From an uncultured Gammaproteobacteria bacterium (GTDB lineage: Bacteria > Pseudomonadota > Gammaproteobacteria > Steroidobacterales > Woeseiaceae), in the NCBI GenBank assembly GCA_963711285.1, contig CAVQDJ010000018.1, positions 190,325 to 254,324 of the forward strand: 64,000 nucleotides of DNA, in the 5' to 3' direction. Shown piece after piece: positions 22,424 through 31,560 of the stretch. The position numbers were made by a program, and so were the translations under genes. Within the stretch, counting starts at the first letter, position 1, and every line of letters starts with the position of its first letter. The notes beneath the pieces are model-generated. The model made no database searches and was not told the origin of the DNA. It saw only the letters and a program-made list of their open reading frames with translations.

Positions 22424-23321
22424 CTACTCCACTGTCTTGAAGTGAATCGCGAGGCTTGAGGCCGGACCCTCGGCGCGCCCGAGCCCGATCGTGCCATCGC
22501 CCACGGATCTCGGTAGAGTCGCGGCGCACGAACGTTTCTTCGCCCATAGAGCTTTGCACAAACGTGCCGTTCGTGCTCTGGTCGACAAGAATGAACTTGC
22601 CGCGGCGCATTTCCAGCTTGGCGTGAATACGTGAAATCAGATTGCCTTTGATGACGAGATCATTGTCATCGGCTCGGCCCATGATGGCGCCTTTGCGTTT
22701 ATCGCTGACCTCCACTTCCTGGTCACGAAAACTGAGCACCAGCTTTGTGCCTTTGCGTGCCGATGTCTCCCAGTCGATTGTCGGCAACATGCTCGTCGCT
22801 TCTTCGGGGTTCCAAAGCAGCTCGTAGAGTGCGACTTCGTCGATTTTACCGCGCACTGTCGCAACGTCGATCTGGCGCGTCTGTTTCTTGAGATCCGGAT
22901 TCATTCTGTCGACCGTGCCACCTGAAATTACAATCTGCCGCGCCTTGGCCTGTGACGTCATGCGATTGGCAGTGTGCACCGCAGCGCCGAAAATATCGTT
23001 CTGCTCCTGAACCACGGGGCCGAAGTGACAACCGATGCGGATGGTGACAGGGATGCGGCCGTCCTGCTTGTTATCGGCCGAGATGCGCTTCTGCATCATA
23101 ACGGCCGCGCCCATTGCCTCTTCCACCGTCGCGAACGTCGACATGACCTCGTCACCTATCGTCTTGATGACCGTGCCGTTGTACTGGTGCGTCGCATCTT
23201 TCATGACGTCCAGGCACAGAGCGACCGTCTCGCTGGCTTTGGTATCGCCGAACTTGTCGTAAAGCTGGGTGCTGCCGACAACGTCGGCAAACACGATCGC
23301 GACTTCAAGGTCCTTTGCCAT
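22424..23321 (-). CDS. class III adenylate/guanylate cyclase with a C-terminal FHA domain (apparent frameshift near 22500-22502)
   Basis: The N-terminal cyclase domain reads VAIVFADVVGSTQLYDKFGD...IKTIGDEVMSTF. The FHA domain reads GRADDNDLVIKGNLISRIHAKLEMRRGKFILVDQSTNGTFV. Skipping one G of a GGG run restores ...EIRGDGTIGLGRAEGPASSLAIHFKTVE* (stop 22424-22426). As read, the ORF runs to 22245 and overlaps pckG. Confidence 0.8.
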
Positions 23322-23373
23322 AATGTGCCCGCAACTATCTAAAATAGAAGCTATTTTTTACCCAAAACAGAAG

Positions 23374-24198
23374 CTATTTTTCGGCAACAATATACGCTAT
23401 CCAGGCGAGATCTGCCTCACCCTTTTCGTCAGGCGTGAACTCGCCGTTGCCTTCGCCGTCCTCGTCTTCACCCTCCCAATAGACAGTGATATTGCGAAAA
23501 CCGGCCTCGAGGAGCATATCGCGCAGTTCCGGCGCGGTATAGAGCCGCCAGGAATAGCTGAACGCCCTTTTGATCTTTGATCCGTCCGGGAACCGGAAGT
23601 GGATATAGCACTGCATATGGTTGGTCACCGGGTGGAACTTGGCCTGATGCCAAACATAGGTGAACCCGTCTTGCTTGGTCTTTTCCTTGGTTTCTTCGAA
23701 GGACTCCGGTCCACCGAACATATCCATGAAGAGGAGCCCATCGTCCTTGAGTGCGTCGTAGCAACGGCGCATGTACGCGACCATTTGCGCCCGCTCTTCG
23801 AAAATCCAGTAACTGAAATTGAATGCCGCGAGCGCATCGACTTTCGGCGTCTCGACGGTCTGCACGTCCGATTCGATGAGGCTGACGCGTGCCTGATCCT
23901 CGGAGTCGAGGCGGCCTACGCGATTTTTCCGTCCCCACTCGAGTACCGACGCATCGATATCCACACCGATCGCCGAATACTCGGTACCCTGTTTCACCCA
24001 CTCGCTGGCGAGACTGGCCGTGCCGCAAAAATCTTCGCGAAAAATATAAGCCGTTCGTCCCGTTCGCTCCCTGAAAGTCGTGCTCAGGAAGTTGACCTCG
24101 TTTTCGACGTTTTGCACGGATTCTTCGTAAAGCTCGTGAATGTCGGCCCGCTCAGCCATTGTCGGCTTCTTGCCTTTCTTCCCGGATTTGGCGCCCAT
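23374..24198 (-). CDS. class I SAM-dependent methyltransferase (predicted)
   Basis: 274 aa with a Rossmann-like motif I region (EDFCGTASLASEW), an acidic post-I residue (AIGVDID), and a size and pattern typical of small-molecule methyltransferases. Confidence 0.55.
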   Translation of the reverse strand: MGAKSGKKGKKPTMAERADIHELYEESVQNVENEVNFLSTTFRERTGRTAYIFREDFCGTASLASEWVKQGTEYSAIGVDIDASVLEWGRKNRVGRLDSEDQARVSLIESDVQTVETPKVDALAAFNFSYWIFEERAQMVAYMRRCYDALKDDGLLFMDMFGGPESFEETKEKTKQDGFTYVWHQAKFHPVTNHMQCYIHFRFPDGSKIKRAFSYSWRLYTAPELRDMLLEAGFRNITVYWEGEDEDGEGNGEFTPDEKGEADLAWIAYIVAEK

Positions 24199-24238
24199 AG
24201 ATAATTTACGCTCTTATAGTCAGTGCTGATCGCACATT

Positions 24239-25219
24239 CTATGCCGCAACCGGCATTGCATCCAGCGCTTCGAGAATAACCTCGACTCCGGCCCCGTCAC
24301 GGTGTGCGTTTTCGCTGATGTGTCGCCGCCACGCGCGTGCACCGGGCATGCCTGCAAACAGTCCGATCATGTGCCGCGTTATTCTGCCAAGCCGTTCGCC
24401 TTGCCGCAGTTCGTTCTCGATATAAAGGATCATATTGTCGATAACGTCGCGGCGTCGCGGCAAAACCCACTCAGAATCGAGGTGGCGCTGGAGCTCGGCC
24501 AGGAAATAGGGATGATGATAGGCCTGGCGGCCGATCATGACGCCATCGACTTGCGTCAGGAACTCATCGACCTGACTGATTTCAGTAATGCCGCCGTTTA
24601 GTACGATCTCGAGCTCCGGATGCGCCTTTTTGAGCCTGAAGACACGGTCGTAATTCAACGGTGGCACCGTGCGATTGTCCTTTGGGCTCAGCCCCTCCAG
24701 GATCGCGATTCGGGCATGCACGACAAACTTGCGGCAGCCTGCACCGGCCAACTCTTCGACGAATTCGAACAGAAACGCGTCGCTGTCCAGATTGTCGATG
24801 CCGATGCGGGTCTTGACCGTTACCGGCACATCGACTTCGGCCTGCATGGCTCTAAAACAATCGGCAACGGTCTGCGGCTGCTTCATCAAACACGCGCCAA
24901 ACTGGCCGCTTTGCACGCGGTCGCTGGGGCAACCGACGTTGATATTGATCTCGTCGTAGCCGGCATCGGCGGCAAGTCGTGCTGCCTCTGCCATCAAGGC
25001 CGGATCACTGCCGCCCAGCTGCACGGCAATCGGGTGTTCCGCGCGATCGTAGCGCAGCAACTTGCCAGCGTCGCCGTGATGAATCGCCGCAGCTGTAATC
25101 ATTTCGGTATACAGCAGCGCGCCTGGACTCAGCAAGCGCATGAAATAGCGACAGTGACGGTCGGTCCAGTCCATCATCGGTGCGACGGAGAAAATCGCGG
25201 AATTTGAAGTTTGCCTCAC
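24239..25219 (-). CDS. dusA: tRNA dihydrouridine(20/20a) synthase DusA
   Basis: FSVAPMMDWTDRHCRYFMRLLS...YTEM...INVGCPSDRV...VKTRIG matches the DusA family TIM barrel. Length is 326 aa. Confidence 0.9.
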   Translation of the reverse strand: MRQTSNSAIFSVAPMMDWTDRHCRYFMRLLSPGALLYTEMITAAAIHHGDAGKLLRYDRAEHPIAVQLGGSDPALMAEAARLAADAGYDEININVGCPSDRVQSGQFGACLMKQPQTVADCFRAMQAEVDVPVTVKTRIGIDNLDSDAFLFEFVEELAGAGCRKFVVHARIAILEGLSPKDNRTVPPLNYDRVFRLKKAHPELEIVLNGGITEISQVDEFLTQVDGVMIGRQAYHHPYFLAELQRHLDSEWVLPRRRDVIDNMILYIENELRQGERLGRITRHMIGLFAGMPGARAWRRHISENAHRDGAGVEVILEALDAMPVAA

Positions 25220-25250
25220 CGCGACATCTTCTCAACAGCGCGCACTGACA

Positions 25251-27134
25251 TCAATCTCCCGCAAAGCTGAGCTTGCCGAGTCGGGCTGTCTTCTTATATT
25301 GGAGACCCTGCATGCGGCGCAATATATTGTCGAGCATGCGGATCGCCGCGAGTATATGCGGCCCTTTGTTGAGCATGACGCAGTCAGCCCGCTGCGACAT
25401 CGCGGCGTCCGAAATCTCGGCGCGCGACGGCTCTCCCTTCTTCGCCTTGTGCTCCAGTACCTGCGTTGCCCAGATCACGGGCAGCTGCGCTGCCTCACAT
25501 AACCACAGTATTTCTTCCTGTAACTCTGCAAGTCGTTCCCAGCCGCACTCGACGGCCAGGTCCCCGCGCGCGATCATGACTGCCACCGGATAGCGACGCA
25601 TGGCGGTCAGCAAAAGTTGGGGCAGATTCTTGAAGCCTTTCTTCGTTTCGATCTTAATAATGACGCCCAGGGCAGCGGCGCCCAGCTTGTCCATTTCATC
25701 ATGAAGACCGGTGATGTCCGCGGGTTCGTTTACGAATGACAGGCCCACTGCGTCGGCGTGTTTGACGATAAATTCAAGATTCGCCTTGTCAGCCGTCGAA
25801 AACCCCGGAAGCCTGATGTCGCTGTTCGGAAAATTTATGCCGCGATCGCCGCGTAACCTGCTGCCGGTCGGCTTAGCCTTGCGAACCTCGATTTCAAGCT
25901 GATTATCGCTTGCCGAACGAACGACTCCCGCGATCTTGCCGTCATTCAGCGACACGCGATCGCCGGCGGCGACGAATCCGAAGACCTCGGGTTGTCGGCA
26001 CGATATGTGCGCAGGCTCCACGATATTACCGTCTGCATCCTCGACCGCCGGGGCGCCGGCGGCTCCGTTACCGTTCAGAATCAGCGTGTCCCCCGGCCGT
26101 AGCAGAATGGGCTGTTCCATCGATGGCAGTTCGCCGATGCGATACTCCAGCTTCTCACCTTCGTCGTGAGGAATCAGGCTCAATTTGATGCCTGTGGCTA
26201 TGTATGCACCTTTGTGCGTTTCGGCCACGATTCCTTTGTCATCCTTTTTGATGATGCTGAATGTTCTTTTTTTGCCGCGTGTGTCTTCAAAACGAATGTC
26301 GTCTCCCTCGCGCGCGAATTCGATGCACTCTCGCGGCACTGGAATCACAGCCGCTTTTGTACCGCCCCACACCACATCATCGGGGATGAAGCGGACGCGC
26401 CGTGGCGCAACAATCCGGCCCAGCGGATCACGGCGTGGCTTGATATGAACGACGCGAGGACCCGGCTGCAGATCGCCGGTGCGGATTTTAGGCCCCGCCA
26501 GATCCATGACCACTCTGCAGCCCAAGCCCGTTTCCTGCCTGGCCTTGTTCAGGTTGTCTATCATTCGGGTCCACACACGCGTGTCATCATGGACACAATT
26601 AATACGCGCAACGTTCATCCCGGCAGCCATCATCTCGCATACAAGTCCGCAGTTTTCGGCGGCCTGGGCAGGCAGCGTAACCATGATGCTGACATCACGA
26701 TCGTCCGGGCTGGCGCCGAGCATGGCTCTTTTATTCGAGCCGGCGCGGCGATTCTTGAGTTCGAGTGCTTCCCTCTCCGGACTCAGCGCGGCGTCTGCAC
26801 CAGTCGAATACCGCTGCAACGCTGCATGGACGGCACGAACCGAGCCCATCACGTTGCGCTCGGCGCGACCCAGCGACGACAGACCCAGAACAGCAAGGTC
26901 CTCTTGCAGTTCACGTATGTCCGTCTCGCGCAACGCGAGGTAGTGCACGAGATTTCTCGCGCTGCCACGAAACTCCGGGTGGACAGCAAGCAGTTCCTCG
27001 GCAAAGTCGGTCTCGAAGTCGCGGGCCCGATCGCTGATCGCCCGCAGCTGGGCGCCTACGCGCGCAATATCAACAGTGTTAGCCACAAGTGCTCCTTCCT
27101 GTCCCTTTGTAGAACATTTCTGAGGCTGTGGCAC
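25251..27134 (-). CDS. pyruvate kinase-family protein (atypical long form)
   Basis: Pyruvate kinase barrel motifs are present (MNVARINCVHDD, DLAGPKIRTG, IKIETKKG, MIARGDLAVE, ATQVLE...PSRAEISDAA...DCVMLNKG). It has an N-terminal extension of about 150 aa and no recognisable C-terminal allosteric domain. Confidence 0.75.
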   Translation of the reverse strand: MPQPQKCSTKGQEGALVANTVDIARVGAQLRAISDRARDFETDFAEELLAVHPEFRGSARNLVHYLALRETDIRELQEDLAVLGLSSLGRAERNVMGSVRAVHAALQRYSTGADAALSPEREALELKNRRAGSNKRAMLGASPDDRDVSIMVTLPAQAAENCGLVCEMMAAGMNVARINCVHDDTRVWTRMIDNLNKARQETGLGCRVVMDLAGPKIRTGDLQPGPRVVHIKPRRDPLGRIVAPRRVRFIPDDVVWGGTKAAVIPVPRECIEFAREGDDIRFEDTRGKKRTFSIIKKDDKGIVAETHKGAYIATGIKLSLIPHDEGEKLEYRIGELPSMEQPILLRPGDTLILNGNGAAGAPAVEDADGNIVEPAHISCRQPEVFGFVAAGDRVSLNDGKIAGVVRSASDNQLEIEVRKAKPTGSRLRGDRGINFPNSDIRLPGFSTADKANLEFIVKHADAVGLSFVNEPADITGLHDEMDKLGAAALGVIIKIETKKGFKNLPQLLLTAMRRYPVAVMIARGDLAVECGWERLAELQEEILWLCEAAQLPVIWATQVLEHKAKKGEPSRAEISDAAMSQRADCVMLNKGPHILAAIRMLDNILRRMQGLQYKKTARLGKLSFAGD

Positions 27135-27222
27135 TCATGGATTCCACCTATGCACGGCGGGTGCTCCGGCTGATCGCTGCATCCCGCTATTGGCACTGGC
27201 CCGACGCCGCATGGTTTCGCGC

Positions 27223-29256
27223 TTACCAGGCGCGGCGAACGTTCAGAGAGAGGTTACGCCCAGGCTCGTCGAGTCCGGAACCATGACTCCGGTATCGTTT
27301 ATCGAATAAGTTCTCGATACTAGCGCTGATCTGCCACCCGCCACCCGGACTCCACTGGGCGCTCGCCCCGACGGTTCCCCATCCGGCTGTTCCCATAGGG
27401 TCGATGCGGGCGTCGCGAATATCACGGGCGCTCAGGCGATTCTGCCTTGCGGCGCTCGCTATCCAGCTTTCGAGTTTCCAGGCACCGCCATGATCCAACG
27501 TCAGACTAAGTCGGCCATTCAGTGGCGGGATGCGGTCTGCCGGTTCCCGATTTTCTCCGACGATGCGCTGCTCGCCCCGGGCGTAGTTCAAAATCGCATG
27601 CGCACTGACAGCTGCAGTCACGTTGAAGGTAAACCCCGCCTCGACGCCGCGGATCGACGAATTGGCCGCATTGATGCTCTGCACAATATCGCGACCCTCT
27701 GGCGTGACGTCGCCCGTCAGTACCGACGTAATTCGATCTTCGTAGCGCAGCGAGAAGAGAACAATCGAAAATTGGCGTCGATCCGAGATGAAACGAACAC
27801 CAATATCGCCCTGCAGCACGTGCTCTGAATCAAGAGCCGTGTTTGGAATATTGAAACGATTGCCCGGGCGGACGCCCAGCGTACCAAGGTCGAAGACATT
27901 CGGTGCCCGAAAGCCGACGCCGAGGTTCGCAACAAACTGCCAGCGGTCGCTCGCATTGTAGATCCAGCCGAGATCACCACTCGGATTGCTGACGCTGAGC
28001 GATTCTGCGCTGGTGACTCCGGTGCCGGGCAAGCTGACATTTACGCTACTGAATCGCAGCCCGCCGCTGACTATATGTTTCGCCGATAACCTTCGGTCCA
28101 AACTGCCGTAGATAGCTGACTGCGTAACGGTGGAGCCATCCGGAAATCGCGACGGCACAGGCTGGCGCTCTCCCGTTGTCGTGTCTTCCTCGTTGCGTTT
28201 GCTGCGGACCTGGTCGTGGTAGATCTCGGCACCGACAATCCACGAGGTGCCACTGCTCTCACCGCTGGCGCTTACCGTCAACCCGGTCAAGTCGCTACGG
28301 TTCGATTCACGGAGCCTCTCCGGGGCGGCAAAGTCTCGAGTAACACGATCGTCGACGATGCGCTGCCAGGCGGCATCGAACCGCCAGTCGAGCCCAAGAG
28401 CAGTGTCGCTCCTTGTATGTTGCGCGTGCGCGAACAATCTCTGGTTTGGCGCAAAAAAGAACTCGGACGACGATGGCTGCGTCTGGCCAAAGCCGGGCAC
28501 GAGTTCATCGACTCGCGGCGTCATCGGCTGTTCGAGCATCTGCACGTCGAGCAGCCATGAGTGCTGGTCCGTCGGCGTGGCAACAAACACTGCTCTCGCC
28601 GACTTTGAGTCGAAACCGCTCGGTGAAATTCGCTCGCCACCGCCCGTGCGGCGATTACCGGTTTGCAGATACTGAGCGCTGAATGATGACGCAAAATTCT
28701 TCGTACCGGCGTCGATAACTGCGCTCAGCGACTTTTGCAGCTCCGCCGTATCGAGCGATGCCTGAAACTCGCGTCGAACTTTCGTCGTCGGGGAATCGAA
28801 AACAGGAATTCGCGACACGACCTGCACCACGCCGCCGACGGCTTCGCTGCCATAAAGTGCTGCTGGTATCCCGCGGATAACTTCGATGCGATCAACAGCC
28901 GATGTGGGTACGAGCGCCAGATACTGCGTGGGCGCGCTGCGAAATATGGCGTTGTTCAGTCGCATGCCGTCGACCAGGTGCAGAATGGACGATCCCCTTA
29001 AGCCGCGAATAATGGCTGCGCCCTGACCCGGCGTCGTCTGCTGAACGAAAACACCAACCAGTGACCTCAGTGCGTCTGTCGTCAGCTGTTGCTTTTGCAC
29101 CGTCTGCCCGTCAACGAGACTCGATGCCGACGATATTTGACTCGTGCTCGTTGGGCGGCGTGTCGCCGTCACAAAAATTTCGTCGATCGGATCGTGGACT
29201 GCCGACGCCAAGCCTGGCGAAGTAACAATCAGAACTGTCAGTATCAATGGTCGCAA
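27223..29256 (-). CDS. TonB-dependent outer-membrane receptor
   Basis: It has a signal peptide and a plug-domain region (IFVTATRRPTS...DALRSLVGVFVQQ...IRGLRG...VIRGIPAALYGSEAVGGVV). A long barrel region follows, with a C-terminal aromatic residue (...LNVRRAW). Confidence 0.85.
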   Translation of the reverse strand: MRPLILTVLIVTSPGLASAVHDPIDEIFVTATRRPTSTSQISSASSLVDGQTVQKQQLTTDALRSLVGVFVQQTTPGQGAAIIRGLRGSSILHLVDGMRLNNAIFRSAPTQYLALVPTSAVDRIEVIRGIPAALYGSEAVGGVVQVVSRIPVFDSPTTKVRREFQASLDTAELQKSLSAVIDAGTKNFASSFSAQYLQTGNRRTGGGERISPSGFDSKSARAVFVATPTDQHSWLLDVQMLEQPMTPRVDELVPGFGQTQPSSSEFFFAPNQRLFAHAQHTRSDTALGLDWRFDAAWQRIVDDRVTRDFAAPERLRESNRSDLTGLTVSASGESSGTSWIVGAEIYHDQVRSKRNEEDTTTGERQPVPSRFPDGSTVTQSAIYGSLDRRLSAKHIVSGGLRFSSVNVSLPGTGVTSAESLSVSNPSGDLGWIYNASDRWQFVANLGVGFRAPNVFDLGTLGVRPGNRFNIPNTALDSEHVLQGDIGVRFISDRRQFSIVLFSLRYEDRITSVLTGDVTPEGRDIVQSINAANSSIRGVEAGFTFNVTAAVSAHAILNYARGEQRIVGENREPADRIPPLNGRLSLTLDHGGAWKLESWIASAARQNRLSARDIRDARIDPMGTAGWGTVGASAQWSPGGGWQISASIENLFDKRYRSHGSGLDEPGRNLSLNVRRAW

Positions 29257-29379
29257 GATCGAAAGCCGGATTCCGGACGGGCTGCAAAGAATAGCAAACG
29301 AGCCATCAAAAACCTTGTGTCATGCTAGACTTCAGGCGATTTTGCCCTGGGCGTTCGAATCCCGACATTCAGCCAGACA

Positions 29380-31542
29380 ATGCCGAACCTTTTCAGAGAA
29401 TTACGACGTAGAGAGGTCTTCCGTACCGCGGGCCTCTATGTCGGTGTGGCGTGGATTCTGATCGAGGGCGCCAGCGTATTCCTACCGGCATTCGACGCGC
29501 CGGAATGGGCACTTCGCGCCTTGATTATTGCCGCGATCGTGGGTCTCCCGATCACGATCGTCCTGGCCTGGATTTATGACATCACCGACAAAGGGATCGA
29601 GGTTCAGGGTGATCCAACGGACACGGTGGTGGTCCCAATAGGCAGCCGCAAGATGGACTTTATGGTCATCGGCGTTTTGTCCGTAGCTCTGATCTTTTCT
29701 CTTTATCTGGTCTTCACGGGCACCGGCACAGCAGTCATTGAAGAGATCGAACCGATCTCGGTATTGATTGCAGATTTCGATAACAGGACCGGGGACGAGC
29801 TCTTCGACGGCACGCTCGAGCAAGCACTGCAGATCGGCATTGAGAGCGCATCGTTCATAACGGGCTACCGCAGGGATGAAGCAAAAAGAGTGGCAACGAA
29901 GATGAAGTGGGCGAGCGATACGCTCAATGAAGAAACGGCGCGACTCGTGTCGGTTCGTGAGGGCATCAAGCTTGTCATGGCGGGTGCGATCGAAGAAAAG
30001 AGCGGCAGCTACACCCTGTACGTCAGAGCCGTTGATCCCAAGGGTGGCGAGGTACTGGCTTCCGTCGAGGTGGATGCCAAGAGCAAACTTGAGGTACTCG
30101 CCGCTGTCGGCACGCTCGCCGGTGACCTGCGCGAGGAACTGGGCGACGATTCGCTGGATCGCGAAAAACTCGTGGCGTCTGAGACATTCACCGCGAAATC
30201 GCTGGAGGCTGCACAGGCGTATGCGAGAGCGCAATCCCTGCAGTACAACGGCAAGTACGAAGAAGCAATGCAGTACTACCAGGAGGCGCTCGAGCGCGAT
30301 CCGGATTTCGGCCGGGCCTACTCGGGCCTGGCATTGAGCGCCAGCAGCCTCGGACGTGTGGACGAGGCCAGCGAGTTGTGGGGTAAAAGCCTGCAGCACC
30401 TGGACACGATGACCGAGCGCGAGCGGCTGCGGACGCTCGGCTTGTACTACTCACGCGTAACTCGAAACCGCGAGAAGGCGATCGAGAGCTATCGCGCGCT
30501 TGTCGAAAAATATCCGGCAGATGATGCCGCGCACAATGGCCTGGCGATCCAGTATTTTTATACGCTGGATTTTCAGAACGCGCTGCAAGCCGGTCAGGCA
30601 ATGCTCGAAATCTATCCGAATAGTGTGATGGGCCGCTCCAACTATGCGCTGTATGCGATGTACGCGAGCGATTTCGATACCGCGGTTGCAGAAGCGGAGA
30701 AGGTGCGTGAGTTGGACCCTTCGTACTTCAAGGGCTGGCTACCCGTTGCAGCAAAGGCGCTTGCCGACGACGATATCGAAGCTGCGAAGCAGGCCTATAC
30801 GAAGATGTCGCAAACGGGCGCGCGCGGTGCGTTGACCGGCACGCTCGGTCTCGCTGACGTCGCCTTGTATGCCGGGGAGTTCAACTATGCAGGCAACCTG
30901 CTCAAACAAAGCATCGAACAGGCGGAGGCTGCAGGCAGTCAGTATTACCTCGCAACCAATTACATTGCCCTGGCGGAAACGTATTGGCTGGCGAGCGACA
31001 CAACGGCTGCGCTCGAGGCAATTGCAACGGGGATGAAGTTTTCAGGTGGGCTGTCCCGGCAAGTTCCCGCAGCCCTGATGTATCTGACCACAGGGGACAT
31101 AGCGAAGGTGCAGGCGATTGCCGATCAATTAGGACAAAGCCTCCAGCCGCAGAGCCGTGCCTATGCGCGGCTGTTGGAGGGACTGGTTGCGCTCGACAAA
31201 GGCGAGAAGGTCGAAGCCATCAACCTGATTTCGGCCGGATCCCGACTCAGCAACCTCTGGCTGTTGCGGTTTTACCTGGGCAAGGCTTACTTCGAGGCCG
31301 GTTTCTATGCCGAGGCGCTCGATGAGTTCACCGCATGCTGGGACCGTCGGGGCGAAGCAATATCGATCTTTCTCGACGACCTGCCGACTTATCGCTACAT
31401 GGCGACGTTGCCGTATTGGCTGGGACGCGCACAGGAAGAGCTCGGCATGCAGGAAGTTGCGCAGCAAAACTACACGGCGTTTGTCGCTCGGCGTCCCGCC
31501 GGCGACCCGCTGGCGGATGATGCCCGCCAGCGGCTGCCCTGA
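29380..31542 (+). CDS. membrane-anchored tetratricopeptide-repeat protein
   Basis: An N-terminal RRREVFRTAGLYVGVAWILIEGASVFLP motif is followed by two TM segments. Multiple TPR-like units follow (YEEAMQYYQEALERDPDFGRAY...). Confidence 0.7.
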   Translation: MPNLFRELRRREVFRTAGLYVGVAWILIEGASVFLPAFDAPEWALRALIIAAIVGLPITIVLAWIYDITDKGIEVQGDPTDTVVVPIGSRKMDFMVIGVLSVALIFSLYLVFTGTGTAVIEEIEPISVLIADFDNRTGDELFDGTLEQALQIGIESASFITGYRRDEAKRVATKMKWASDTLNEETARLVSVREGIKLVMAGAIEEKSGSYTLYVRAVDPKGGEVLASVEVDAKSKLEVLAAVGTLAGDLREELGDDSLDREKLVASETFTAKSLEAAQAYARAQSLQYNGKYEEAMQYYQEALERDPDFGRAYSGLALSASSLGRVDEASELWGKSLQHLDTMTERERLRTLGLYYSRVTRNREKAIESYRALVEKYPADDAAHNGLAIQYFYTLDFQNALQAGQAMLEIYPNSVMGRSNYALYAMYASDFDTAVAEAEKVRELDPSYFKGWLPVAAKALADDDIEAAKQAYTKMSQTGARGALTGTLGLADVALYAGEFNYAGNLLKQSIEQAEAAGSQYYLATNYIALAETYWLASDTTAALEAIATGMKFSGGLSRQVPAALMYLTTGDIAKVQAIADQLGQSLQPQSRAYARLLEGLVALDKGEKVEAINLISAGSRLSNLWLLRFYLGKAYFEAGFYAEALDEFTACWDRRGEAISIFLDDLPTYRYMATLPYWLGRAQEELGMQEVAQQNYTAFVARRPAGDPLADDARQRLP

Positions 31543-31560
31543 TAAATTAAGAAGCCTCGC

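Noticed and set aside
26166-27173. A 335-aa plus-strand ORF lies opposite the pyruvate kinase-family gene.
   Set aside because: It is an antisense shadow ORF with no motifs, whereas the minus-strand product carries the full set of pyruvate kinase motifs.
29482-30399. A 305-aa minus-strand ORF lies inside the TPR protein gene.
   Set aside because: It is an antisense shadow ORF. The plus-strand frame carries the TM anchor and the TPR periodicity.
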